Assembly (NCBI GenBank): GCA_951406725.2
Contig: OX597816.1
Span: 113,832,001 to 113,896,000, forward strand
Direction of reading: 5' to 3'
DNA: 64,000 bases
Origin: Octopus vulgaris
Lineage: Eukaryota
This document shows, piece by piece, positions 50,993 through 64,000 of this stretch. Position 1 is the stretch's first letter. Every line of letters begins with the position of its first letter. Made by a program: the position numbers and the translations under genes. Under the pieces are notes generated by a model. The model saw only the letters and a list, made by a program, of their open reading frames with translations. It made no database searches and had not been told where the DNA came from.

Positions 50993-51006
50993 TAGACATA
51001 TACATA

Positions 51007-51888
51007 CGAGGTCTGATCAACGGACTGTTGCCATAGTAACGAAGCTAAAGCATGCAGAGTGAGGTCACTTTACAGATTGACCTTGGACTCAGTTGTTCAT
51101 GCACACTAAGTTCTAACATTCTAGCTCACTTCTGCTGTTTTACAGCAGTACTTGGAAGGAACATGTGTAGCATGTGATCATCGCATTGATCATGACAAAG
51201 CAAGTTGTCATGGCGATACCTGCTCAGAGGCCTATGCAAAGTTGCAGAAACTGTATGGAGAGGAGTGTATGAGTCACACACAAGAGTACAAGTGGTTCAG
51301 AGGTTTCCAAGATGGCCTAAAAATTGTTGATAATGACGAATGTTCTGGAAGACCTGCAACCAACAGAACTGAGAAAAACATTGCAGATGTGCATGCAGCT
51401 GTGAGGGGAAATCACCAAATCACTGTCAGTGAGTTATCAAATGATGTTCTGATTAGTTATGGTTCAGTTCAGTACATTATCACTGAAGATTTGAGTATGA
51501 GACGCATGTCTGCTAAGTTTGTGCCAAAACTGCTTTCAGTTGATCAAAAAGACACTCGGGTTTCAGTTGTACAAAATCTCCTTGATTGTGACGAGAACGA
51601 AAACTCTTTGAAAACTTTGCGTAGGTCTCTGAGCAGGTATTGCCAAGCTTTTGGCTGAATTTGATGCAGATTTTCTGCACAACTTTTGCTGTCATGATCA
51701 AGGCAAGGATCACACACTACACACATTACTGCCAAGCACTGCTGTAAACAGTGTAAGTGCACTAGAACATTAAAACTTCGTGCTCATGCACAGCAGAGTT
51801 CAAAGTCAATCTGTGTTAAGCAGCTTTACTCTGCATGCTTTAGCTTTGTTAGTATGGCAACAGTCCGGATACTTATTGATCAAACCAT
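51007..51888 (+). mobile_element. Mariner-derived foldback element with long inverted arms; encodes only the HTH DNA-binding region
   Basis: TA-CGAGGTCTGATCAA / TTGATCAAACCA ends; ORF 51152-51658 with KWFRGF, SGRP and SAKFVPKLL; right arm is an inverted copy of the 5' end. Confidence 0.8.
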
Positions 51889-51924
51889 ATATACATATAT
51901 AGACAATGGGCTTCTTTTAGTTTC

Positions 51925-52157
51925 TTATTTCTTTACTGCTCACAAGGGGCCAAACACAGAGGGGACAAACAAGGACAGACAAAGGGATTAAGTCGATTAC
52001 ACCGACCCCAGTGCATAACTGGTACTTAATTTATCGACCCCGAAAGGATGAAAGGCAAAGTCGACCTCGGCGGGATTCAAACTCAGAACGTAACAGCAGA
52101 CGAAATACCACTAAGCATTTCGCCTGGCGTGCTTATGATTCTGCCAGCTCACCGCCT
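51925..52157 (-). mobile_element. Young SINE family C inserted into a SINE A head
   Basis: CpG-rich core CCCCGAAAGGATGAAAGGCAAAGTCGACCTCGGCGGG; SINE A sequence resumes at ~52165. Confidence 0.75.
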
Positions 52158-53048
52158 TCAGTTAGTTTCTTTTAGTTTCTATTTACCAACTCTACTCACA
52201 AGGCTTTGGTCCACCTGTGGTCATAGCAGAGGACACTAGTCTGACATGCCATGCAGTGGGACTGAACCCAATGTCTGGTCCATATATCAAGGATGACCAC
52301 TAATCTAAATTCTATTTGGGTGCTTGTCTTAATCTGTCATCCAGTTAAACACTGCCACTTGGTTTCAAGGTGACTTAGTGAAGTCCACTTTGTTACAAGC
52401 AACTGGTTCTATTAGTCTTACTAGTTGAGTTGCACTTTCTTCCTGTTTTCTTCGACAAGACTTTGGGGCCACTGCTTTTCCTCCTTTGAATAAGAAATGG
52501 GAAAAGAAAGCAAGGTAAACTAAATATGGATGTATATATAAAGATGGTATATGGAATTTGTCACTTTTTTTTTCCCAAAGCATTGATAACTATTTGAAAC
52601 CTCAGTGCTATCAACTCTCACTTACAAGCAGAGATGTATTGATACAATATCGCAAAGTTAATATGAAGAAAAATGTCTTGAAAGAAAAGTTCAAGGTGTT
52701 CTAAGAGTCAACTGTGACCTCGATCAATATGAAATAAAATATATACAATAGAATATATAAATAAATAAATAAAACCCAAGTGTCAGGCAGCATATTAGTA
52801 GATTTATTTTATGTAATTACAATAAATTTAGTTCTGTTCAATTAGAAATGAAAGAGGTTCTTCGAAACCATTCCAGTTTTGAATCACTATAAATTTTCAA
52901 TCAAAGCATATTTTTAATGGATTCTTTGGTTCTAAAAGATCATCATCATCATCATCATCACCATCATCATCATCATCTTCATCATCACCACCTACGTCAT
53001 CCACATCATTGTTGATATTGGTATTATTGTCAATGTTGTTACTGTTGA

Positions 53049-53080
<32 letters not shown>

Positions 53081-53299
53081 CATCATCATCACTACCATCA
53101 CTATTATTATGCCTTTACAAACTTGGTTATCTGTGAAATATTAAAAGTTCCTGTCAGGTAAGTTCACTTAAGGACACCTTTCATCAACATTTGAAACAGC
53201 GAGAACAATTCTTTGCTGCAGTTGAAGATTGGTTCCAGTGATATCAACTCCATTAGACTTTGGACACATTTGAAATTGTAATAGTTCTTACTTTCTCTT

Positions 53300-53359
<60 letters not shown>

Positions 53360-54879
53360 CACATACATACACACATATATATATATATTTATATAAAAGT
53401 ATCTGTGTATGTATATATATATACATATATATAAATAAATAAATAAGTATATGTGTGTGTGTTTAATGTATGTATATATATATATAAACACACACATACA
53501 CATATGTACTGACAATAATCTGAAAGATTCATGCCAGAAGTTTAATGTGGTCTGTTAGAAATAAATATCCCTAAAATGGAAAGAAAGCAGGCATTAACTT
53601 TTTAAGTGGTCTCTTTGATAAAAAAAAAAATAATGAAACAGTTCCAAGTAATAACTTTTTCAAGAACTTTTGCACATACATGCCCAAATTTTCTTACATA
53701 CACTCAAATACTTGCATCTTGGAAGAAAAGGTAATGCAAAGGCATGTAGGAGATAAATGCCATCTATGTACGTCAGCAAGTCAAACTTTCAGATTGAAAA
53801 GGGTGGAAGGTAGAATAACAAATAAATATTATGTATGAGTAATGGAAGCCATTTCTAAGAAAGTGTTGGAAGTTGATTCTGTTAGAAGGCAATATGTTGT
53901 TTCCTAGGCTCTAGAATTTTTCCCTTGGTCATGTGAATATCATTCGAGTAAGATCAAGTCAATCCATATTTTATCATGATTATTTGTTATTTTATGCATG
54001 TAAAAATCAACTGCTTTGTTCAGGGAAATGAAGAGATACTTAAGAAGTAAAAATCTCTTGGAATTCAAGCTAAGAAAAATACAGAATATAAACTAACCAA
54101 AGAATATAATGGGGCATAACCAAAGTTTTTAGCCATAATTACATTAATAAATTAATTAAATAAATTAAGTTTTTTCTAAGTGCATGAGACAGTCATAAAC
54201 ATCTGTCATGTTTTATTATATAAGTTCACCCAGGACAAAGAGGAATGAACAGGATACTACCATTTTTGGTTAATTAAACCACCACTAGCAGTTGAATACC
54301 TTACATTTTATAGCAACTGTGAAATTGTATTTAAAATTACTGCTGTTGCACTTATAACTACATCAAACTGATTTGCACATTAGGTACATTTTTGGCTCTT
54401 AATTCTGATATATGAATGACATGCCAGTAGAGTATATTTTTTTAAACTAAAGATTACTATGGAGTAAACTCAAAAATTTTAGCTGTCACTGAATTTGTAA
54501 ATTAATTAAATAAATTAATTAAATTTGCTTGATACATAAGACAGTTATAAACATCTGTCATGTTTTATCACACAACTACACAATGAATTTTCATCCACAA
54601 TTAAATACCCTTGTCTGTAAATATACATTCTTTGACATACTAAATGGATATGAATGCAAAGAATCTGAGTAATTTTTTATGTTTCTTTACTGTTGCACAT
54701 GCACATAAAATATAATAAAATATATCGGATGATATCTTTTTGCTTCTTGGGGTCACTTATTTTCCTTAGATTAAAAATTTTATAAAACCACATGTAAATT
54801 ATGATTATATGGTAATATAGTAAAATATTTGAATAGGTGGGTCTTATTCCTGGTAGAAGTTATGTGGGTAACTAGATAT

Positions 54880-55228
54880 TACCTGTAACCTTAAATATCT
54901 ATGAGTTTCCAAAAATGTTCAAGTGTTCAAAACCCTTCTGATAACCTTTCCTGTGCTTAAAAGGCAAACTTTCTGGAGAAGCTTTACAGGACATTACATT
55001 CCAATCTCCTTCAACCATTTGTCAATATCTTTACTCACAGTTCCCAATGCACCAATTATTACCGGCACAATCTTTAGTTTTCGTATTTCAAATGCTTGCA
55101 ATTTCAAATTTTAAGGGATTGTATTTTTTGGTTTTTCATCTTTCTTTACAATCCTGGAATCAAATGGATCGCTTTGCAAGCTTTTCATTGTCTATTATTG
55201 TTATACCTGGTTTAATATTTTCTACCTT
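54880..55228 (-). pseudogene. R4/Dong-like non-LTR relic, C-terminal restriction-like endonuclease region
   Basis: Minus-strand translation IVPVIIGALGTVSKDIDKWLKEIG...LLQKVCLLSTGKVIRRVL. Confidence 0.65.
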
Positions 55229-55229
55229 C

Positions 55230-55765
55230 TTATAAGTGTAAGTGCCTTAAGAGAATAATTGGGTATAAGAAGTATCTGATGTAGTATGCAGGAGAGAAGA
55301 CTGCACTGGCAAAGCCATGTGATGTGTTTGGATGAGGTCAGCTGCATAAAGAAGTGCTGATCTATAATTGTGGAAGGAACTTGCGGACCCAGGGGAAAAT
55401 GGGATGAGGTGGAAAAATGTGATCTTTGGATGGTGAGTCTCATGGAGATGATGACAAAAGACTGGGACTTCTGGCAAATTGCTGTACTTGAGAAGATGTG
55501 TCAAGCTAAGTGAAGTCATAACTTTGTGCAGGTGACGTGTGAATGGCACCCATGCTGGTGACACATAAAAGGTACCTGTGCCAATGACAAATCATGGGCA
55601 CTTGGTACACACTGTGCAGTGGTTGGTGTTAGGAAGGGCATCTAGCTGTACAAACCAAGCCAAAACTGACTGGAGCCTGGTGCAGCTCTCGAGTTTAACA
55701 TCTCCAGTCAAACTACCTAACCCATGCCAGCATAGAAAACAGATGTTAACTGATTATCATTATTA
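55230..55765 (+). mobile_element. Old RTE 3' fragment with three ~25-nt core units
   Basis: QERRLHWQSHV and DFWQIAVLEK C-terminal match, then core repeats and the GGAAGGGCATC tail. Confidence 0.75.
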
Positions 55766-56242
55766 TTATTATTGTTATTATTATTATTATTATTATTCAG
55801 TGAGGGAGTAGCACATGCCATCAAAGTGACACTGGGGTACAAATATACAAAGCCCAATATATCCGTCTGATAAGGGTTCATCAGGCACATGCATCACAAC
55901 CATATGCGTGCAACATGGTGATAAACAGTGCGTGACCTTGCAGGTGGGGCCCAGTTAAAACTTTCTTCATGTTGAGTAGCCCATCCCACTCAAATGGTCC
56001 TTGAAAAAGGTTTGTTTAAGGATGATGAACACTACACCCATATTTCCAGAGGTGAATTATTCAAACTCCAAAGAATTCCTCTCAACACATGGCTATGATG
56101 CCCATGACCAGGGATGCACATATCGACAGCCACTAAGGTACATGCCCAACTGGTTAAGGTCAAGCAACTGACAAGCAAATCTGTGGTATTGAGCAGAATA
56201 TTTGTTGTAGCCCATCTTTTATATCAAGACAAAACAATGTAC

Positions 56243-56380
56243 AGCTGGATGCACTTCCTAATGCCAACCTTTCTGAGAGCGTAGTGGGTGCTTTTTACAT
56301 GCTACCAGCACAGGAGCTGGTCAGGCAGCCCTGGCAATGATCACATTTGGATAGTGCTGCTTTTTACGTGCCACCAGCAT
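56243..56380 (-). mobile_element. RTE 3'-UTR fragment with two core units
   Basis: GTGCTTTTTACATGCTACCAGCAC and GCTTTTTACGTGCCACCAGCA. Confidence 0.65.
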
Positions 56381-58332
56381 CCATTAAATGGTGATGAGTT
56401 ATATGACCATGTCCTTTTATCAAATCATAAGCTATTTTGACTTCTCGAAATGTCAAACTGAATGGTATCGTAGCCAATACAAATATTTATAGAGATAAGC
56501 TATCACCATGAAATATACCAAGTGTGACGTCCACTTTCCCAAGTCTTTGTTTTTCTCTTACCAATTCAGTATGCCAATGTTTCATAATTTCATTAACCAT
56601 TTTCTCCCTATTTTCTGCCACTTTAAATATGCTCATTATTTTACTTATCCAACTGTGAGATACCATGTCATATGCTTTTTAGTAATCCCTCCATGCTACA
56701 TTCATTTGGACACTTTAAAAAAAATGTTGTCAGCCTTGTTCTAGTAATGTGAAGCTTGCAAAGTTTCAGAACTTTTGCAGTGGATGCTGAATTATTTCTG
56801 CCTTCAATTACCAAATATACACGGATTCTTTGATGATATTCCTATTCTCTGTATTTCTGATGTTATGTGTGATTGTAACAGCAATGTCTGTGGTTACCTT
56901 TTCTTATTCCTACATAATGTTTACTCACCATATTTTGGTTTTGTTTCCTGCAGATGACCTTAGTCTCCCAAGTAATTACTCTAGAGTTTGGGGTCTGATT
57001 GGTTGGGCATAAAGCTTGTTTCTGAAAGAGCAATGTGCCCCATCTTGTTTGGTGGGATATCATGTTATTATATGTTTCATATTGAATGTATGACTTTCAC
57101 TTAATTTCAAACTGTTTCTATTGAATAATTTTCTTTATTGTGGATTGATCATAAAATTAATTAGGTCTATATTTTTTAATTATATTAATTAGGCATAAAC
57201 TAATATAGCTAAATATCTCTTAGGCTTAATTAATAAATATTTTCTGATCAGCCATCATTATTGAAAATTATTAGCTTCGGAGATAATGATGAAACAATGT
57301 CAGACAATTCCTGTAATTAACAGAATATGTAGTGTGTCTGTTGTTGTACCCAACACATAAATAGAAAATGAAAAACAGTGTTATTATAACTGTTTTTCTT
57401 TTGGTCATCTGATAATGTGTGGTACTTGCTCCTTTTATTCATATAACAGACACCAATAATTCAGATTCAAAATTAATCTTCAGGTGAATGTTAAAGTTAA
57501 ATGTTCCAAAGTATATTTAAAAGGCCTACCTAATACCTGTAGATGTGCTTCAGTATATTTATATGATGGACTCTCCTGTTGAAGAGGATATAAGCATTCA
57601 TCTTTTACCGAATGACCTGCACAAATGATTTGTTTATAGTGATCAAGTATGTGTGCTGTATGTTGTCTCGCTTTCTCCATTAAATCGATGTTTTCTGAAC
57701 AGGTGCACAGTGTACCACATGTCAGGTTTTGAAGTGATTGCAGAACAATCTGAGATGAAGTGTTTTGCTCAAGAATACAATACACCACCCAGTCTAGAAA
57801 TTGAAACCATGAACTTACAATTATGAGTCCAACTCCCTCACTAGGCCATGTGACCTATATATTTATTGACCTCATACATACATATCAGGCAAAATGCTTA
57901 GTGGCATTTTGTGTTCTTTTTTAGGTTTTAAGTTCAAATTCTGCAGAAGTCAACTTTGATTTTCATCCTTTCAGGGACAGTAAAATAAGCACCGGCTGAG
58001 CACTGGGGTCTTTGTAATCGACTTATCCCTTCCTCCAGAATTGCTGACCTTGTGCATTTGCTAATTGCGAATTAGCCACCCATATTTTTTATAAATTTCT
58101 TACACACACACACATAAATGAAATTTATAAATAATATAGGTGGCTAATTTGCAATTTTACAACCTAGAGGCAGAAATATATACATCACTAAAGTGAACAA
58201 AGGGCACTAATCAGTACCAGTGTTGCTAGAAATAAGCGTCAAAAACAACTCAATAGCCACAGAAGCACTATCTTAAGGAACTGACAAGAGAGATAAAGCT
58301 CCCTACGGTCACAGATATAGCTAGATAACCAT

Positions 58333-58381
<49 letters not shown>

Positions 58382-58559
58382 CTCACCTCTTTACACACAC
58401 ACAAAAGCATACATACATACTCCACATTTACATAACAGATTGGAGTTCTATATCACAGGTAAATATTGTAGCCAAGAATGAAACAACTGAGTTGCCTGAA
58501 AATATAGACCTATTCCTTGCCTAAGTATTATTTACAAACTATACACAAGCTGCCTCAGC

Positions 58560-59050
58560 TGATTCCTCCAGGATCGTTGTGAGTCCAGCAACATGAGATG
58601 TGCTGAACAACTTTTGTTAAATAAAGCTGTATTGTTTGAAGTAAGAAAACATCATACAAACCTTGTAACAGTATAGTTTGAATATGGGAAATCAGTTGAC
58701 TCTAGTCTTTATTCATGGTTGCTGAAGTCTCTACATTTGGCAAAAGTACTTGCTACCTTAGTTATTGCCATTGAGGGATTCAGAAAGACCTGGGAAACAA
58801 TCCTCACATTTATAACTAGGAGTGGAACGAAGGCCCTGTGATGTTAAAAATATTTCAAAGGGAATATTCCAAGGAGATAGTCTTTCGGTAATTCTGCTTC
58901 TGTAATTTCTGTTTCTGTTACAAAAATCCTATAACTATGTGCTAGGGTATTCAACTGCTACAGATACATATGTAACCTATTACTTCTTTGTGAATGAGCT
59001 GAAGAATTATGCTATAAATGTTGACAATGCTAAAAGAAAATAGGTGGAGT
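58560..59050 (+). pseudogene. Highly degraded R4/Dong-like RT relic
   Basis: EYGKSVDSSLYSWL, QRGIFQGDSLSV and FFVNELKNYA resemble DYKKAFDSVPHSW, GIFQGDSLSP and FMDDLKLYA. Confidence 0.5.
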
Positions 59051-59204
59051 GAATAACATTTTCAGGTGATATAAGAATGTGTAGGTAGGTATGTGAGGTA
59101 GAAAAGAGGGGTTGGGGATACAGTGATGGTGAGCATGAGCAGGAGAAGGGACCAAGCATAAGGGAGATGGGTTGTGGAGGAGGGAACATGGACATAAAGG
59201 TCTT

Positions 59205-60530
59205 CTCTAGCACAGGGAATTGACAATTGCCTTGGTCCTTTGCCATCTCTTCTGTGAGGCTCAACATCTGAAGATCATTTCTCACCACTATGTTAGACAA
59301 CTCCCTGTGTCTTCCTCTTCTATCTGTTCCCCCCACATTTAGAGATCAGCATTTCTTTATGCAGTTATCCTTATCCATGTGCATCACATGACCCTAGCAC
59401 TGTCTTTGCTCTTGCACACTGCAGCTGATGCCTCCTATACCCAATTTTTCTCTGAAAACGTTGACTCTTTGTTGTACATGCACACTAACATTGCATATCC
59501 AGCAGAAAATACTGGTTTCATTTCTTTCAAGCCTTCAGATGTCCTCTGCAGTCACGGTATATGTTTCACTGCTGTGTAGCATAGCTGTCCATACTCAGGC
59601 ATTATATGGTCCACCTTTCACTCTGAAAACTTTGTTATCGACAAAAGTAATAGCTCTTTGAGCTTTGCCCAGCTAGTTCTTATTCTAGCAACTACACTTT
59701 CAGAACAACAACCTCTGCTGCTAATTTGGTCATTTCAGTAATGAAAAGTATCTACTACCTTACCTACACCTTTTCTGCATATCAAGCAGGGCCATCTCCC
59801 AGAAGGGATCTGTAATTTGTCTGCTTTCCTGCTCACTAAGACTTTCATCTTTGCTAAATTAACTCTGAGGTCCTTTGATACTAGACCTTGTTTCCTCTCC
59901 TGAAATGTCTTCTCTAATTCTAATAGAGATTTGGTTATAGAAATAAGGTCGTTGTCATAGAGGAACTTTCAAAGGCAACTAATCTTAAATTCCTCTCTTA
60001 TAGTCTGGAGGACTATTATAAACATGAGGGGTTTGAAAGCCAGTCCTTGGTTAACTCCCACTTGCATTCTAAATTCGTTGCTACACTTATTGCTGACTTC
60101 CACCTTACTAACATTATCCCTATACATCACTTATATGGCTCTCACCAGCCACTCATCTATCCCTAGCTTCCTCATCAAACACCAGATGAAAGAGAGAAAG
60201 AGAGGGTCCCTGTCAAAAGCTTTCTTCATGTCAACAAATGCCAAGTACAGAAGTTTATTTTTCAATAAATGCTTCCCCTGCAGTTGCTTTACCAAGAAGG
60301 TAGCATAACTAGTGTTTCTCCCTGGGACAAAACCAAACTGCATCTCATCTAGCTTAACTCTCTTCTTAATTAGTTGAGCTATAATCCTCTCTGTAACTTT
60401 CACCACCTGCTCCAGCAATTTGATAGCTCTGAATTTCTTCTGTCTACTTTACTTTTGTAGCAGGTGACTATAATGCTGCCATACAAGTTATTGGGTATGG
60501 TCTCTTCTTTGGCGACCCGATTAACTGCAC
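59205..60530 (-). pseudogene. Old RTE-family relic (RT to C-terminus)
   Basis: ORF 60131-60418 EMQFGFVPGRNT...LAFVDMKKAFDR...LMRKLGIDEWLVRA closely matches the young ORF. Confidence 0.85.
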
Positions 60531-60780
60531 AGGTGTCCTTGTCTTGACATAGTGAAATATTACTTTGTTTGGAAACAAATGAACGTTGGTAACAGAAAGG
60601 GCATCCACCTAGGGAATATCTCCCTCTCAATAACCTCTGTCTGACACATGCAGTCTTGGAAAAGTAGGTGTTAAAATGATGATGATGAGAACTGAAACAT
60701 GTAAAATTTCTAAGAAAATTAAAATTTATCTTATATAGTGGCATTTTCAAACTTCTTTTTATAAATATATAAATATATAT

Positions 60781-60829
<49 letters not shown>

Positions 60830-61020
60830 GGTTAATTCAAACATGAAGAAACAAAGAGAAAACATAACAACGCGAAGATGTGGAACAAGTATAGTGTTAT
60901 TGGACGCTCGGGAAAGGAAAGAAAGAAGGAGGATTTAATGTTTCGAGCAGAGCTCTTTGTCAGAAACATAGGAAAAGGAAAGATCCAAGGGAGAGAAGAT
61001 GGAGGAAAACAAATCGCCAT
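60830..61020 (-). mobile_element. Penelope-like terminal fragment with a decayed minimal-hammerhead motif
   Basis: Minus strand CTGACAAAGAGCTCTGCTCGAAACATTA; flanked by (TA)n. Confidence 0.45.
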
Positions 61021-61456
61021 ATATATATATATATCTAGAGAGAGAGAGAGAGAGGGATAATTAGATAGATATCTTTTCTGTCATAGATTGTTTATAATGT
61101 GTACTGATTGTATTTTATCATGGCACCAGTCCTAGAGGGGCAGTTTTATCCTGGGCTAGACTTAAGAGTCCTTTTTACCCCATGTTGCCCGTTTCGATTT
61201 GGCAACCACTTTACAGAGCGTTCAGGGTATATTTTATTGTGGTGCCAAAATTAGAGATATTGTTAATTGCAAGTGTTATTACAGGCAAAATAATATGCTT
61301 TGTGCATGTAATAGTAAATATATATTGTGTAATTGTTGTTAAATCATAACACTGTTATTTAAAGTGTCATGTGTTTTTGTCTTATAGCAATCTTCTCTGC
61401 ATGCTACTCGTAAACTTTTCTATTGTCTTTTAGTTAACTACAACTATTATTATACA

Positions 61457-61507
<51 letters not shown>

Positions 61508-62543
61508 TCCATATTCAAATTTCCATGCCAAACATCATGAAATTTGTGATAGCAACACAAAACACAAAGTAGAGATGGAATAAAATTTTTAACTCAAAAT
61601 AAAAGCATAAATATTTGTTTATGTATTGAATATTTTCTGTTTTACAAAATGGATAATGCACATTCAGTATATGACATTGTGTAATGTACACTAACTTCAC
61701 AACATAACTGAATACATATGGATATGAGCACATATAATTTCTTATTCATAACCCATGCTCTTCTAGTATTCAAGTAATTATTGTAGGTTGTCAAACTTGT
61801 ATTATGTAAATGAGTTGTGTAAGTCACAAGTTTTATTTTAATAAGCAGACTTTCACTACCATTATCAACAGTTTGGGAGAGAGAAGTGAGGAAATCCTAA
61901 TGGGTTGTTAAATAACAATTAAACCAGATGGTTCAGTCTTTAGCCAAAGCTGCCACAAAATGGGCCTCAAGGACCTAATTTCGTATTGATACTAAAAAGG
62001 CAATATATGAACCCACTTCATTATAAATGAACCACTTTCATTATTGCTGCCATAATCTTTACAGATTAGGGCAGCAAGCTGGCTAAATTATTAACAAGCT
62101 GGACAAAACTTTTAGTGGCATTTCTGCTGGCTTTGCCTTCTGAGTTCAAATGTCACTGAGGTTGATATTACTTTCCATCTTTTCAAGTCAATAAAATAAG
62201 TACCAGTCTTTCACTGATTTCTTCCTCCCCTAAAAATTGTGCCAGAGATTAGCGAGAATTATTTCTATATGGATATTAAACTTACAGCACATAATATAGT
62301 TTCCATTTTGAAGAAGGAAATTCATTATTTTAGTTAATATATAAGGTGGAGAGTTGGCAGACTCTTCAGCATGCTGGACAAAGTGCTTTGTGGAATTTCA
62401 TCAATCTTTACATTTTGAGTTCAGATTCCATCCAGATTCAGTCTCATTGTATGGCACCTTGGGCAAGAGTCTTCAACTATAGTCTTGTGCTGACCAATAC
62501 CTTGTAAGTGGATTTTGTAGGTGAAAGCTGAAAAAAGCCTGTC

Positions 62544-62621
62544 TGGACGGTTCAGACCCCAGTTGAACCGTCCAACCCATGCTAGCATGGAAAACAGACG
62601 CTAAATGATGATGATGATGAT
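62544..62621 (+). mobile_element. Very short young RTE tail with an inverted 11-nt 5' addition, at the end of a SINE A head
   Basis: CAGACCCCAGTTGAACCGTCCAACCCATGCTAGCATGG is identical to the young LINE tail; (GAT)n then (TA)n. Confidence 0.85.
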
Positions 62622-64000
62622 ATATATATATATATATTTTTTTTTTATATATATTTATATATATACATATATCTGACATATACATATATATGACATTTAA
62701 AGAAATACTTCACTTTATGAGGACCTTGCTTTAAGAGAGCCTAGGTTTATGAGTTTTATTTTATAATAGATATAAAAAGGTTAAACAGCCATTCTGTGTG
62801 TGTAGCAATGTCACAAAAGTTTCTACTACCATAACAAATGCTTCTGCATGTTACTGAGAAATTTATAGAGAGCAAAAAATGCATCTGCTAAGCAAATAAC
62901 TGTAGACTTGTTTTTTAAAAAGAAGTCTACAAGTCCGTAAACTCGTGCTTGTGAATTGGCAATTACATCCACAATTGATGGTGGGCATGAGTACAGTGTG
63001 AATGAAAATGATTCAGAAAATAATTATTATAATAATATTTTTTATTATAAATGATCTTAACATTCTTTTTACTTTACATAAAATGTTCTTTACATTCCAC
63101 TCTTGTTTTATTGCCATTTATTTATGAGTATCATAAATTTTATAGGTAAAATATTTTTCTGGGAATGAATTAGGATTTATAACATTGCTACTATGGGAAA
63201 TTATTGTTCTGCTTTGCAAGTTTTCACTTTGCGAGTGGTCTCCAGGAACAAATTAAGTTGTATATTAATGCATTACTGTATGTGTGTTTGTGTGTGTGTG
63301 CGTGTGTTTGTCTCTCACCAGCATTTGACAACTGGTGTTGGTGGGTTTATATCCTCATAACTTTGCAGTGCAGCAAAAAGAAACCTATGGAATAAGTGCC
63401 AGGCTTTAAAAAAATAATAAGTATTAGGATCAATTCATTCAACTAAAAATTTTTCTAAGTGGTGCCCTAGCATGGCTCCAGTCCAATGACTGAAACAAGT
63501 AAAAGATAAAAAAAACAAGGTCAACTTTGCCTTTCATCATTTCGAAGTGGATAAAATAAGTGTCAGTTGAATACTGGGGTTGATGAATTCAAGAGACCCA
63601 TCTCCACAAATTTGCTCAATAGTTGTTTTTTAACAATTTCGTAGTTGGTTCTAATATTATATTGTAACCTGATACCAAAACAGTGAAGTGAGAGAAATGG
63701 TTACAAGAAGAACAGTATTTAGTTGCACTTCTTTTCAAGCCAATGGAAGTGGCTTCGTTTTTTAACTCTTTAGAGCTTTTGTGAAATATGCACTAAGGTT
63801 GAGTCAATCAACTATATCTCTTCTCTACAAAGCTGTAGCCTCAAGCAAATGTTATAAATCCATAATTTAATATCTAAAGTCATGGGTATTATACTTATTT
63901 ATTTTATATATATTATGGACTGAGTCTTCATTAGAATGTTTTGGGACAAAAGATCTCACTCAAAATGCCACTCCTACTTCTACTCATAAAATACAAACTT

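Overview
AT-rich, microsatellite-dense animal DNA. The SINE/LINE repertoire resembles octopus (coleoid cephalopod) repeats; this is an inference, not a database match. No host gene can be called with confidence, and almost all short ORFs in the track are microsatellite or antisense artefacts. The centrepiece is a young, 5'-truncated RTE-type non-LTR retrotransposon (about 19507-22850, +). It has an uninterrupted 817-codon frame: endonuclease C-terminal stub, RT with YADD, and a C4HC3 PHD-like finger between the RT core and thumb. Its 3' UTR holds a 12-copy array of 61-62 bp units, each predicted to fold as an H-type pseudoknot plus a hairpin. Related copies in the window carry the same ~25-nt core in 1-3 copies with different spacers. 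The LINE is preceded by a foreign ~95-nt leader with a strong splice acceptor, and it sits inside a ~765-bp inverted duplication (17141-17906 / 22866-23627). The rest is a nested mosaic of older RTE relics, R4/Dong-like relics, mariner and maT relics, Helitrons, piggyBac-like, pogo-like and MULE-like MITEs, foldback elements with hammerhead-like cores, and three tRNA-derived SINE families.
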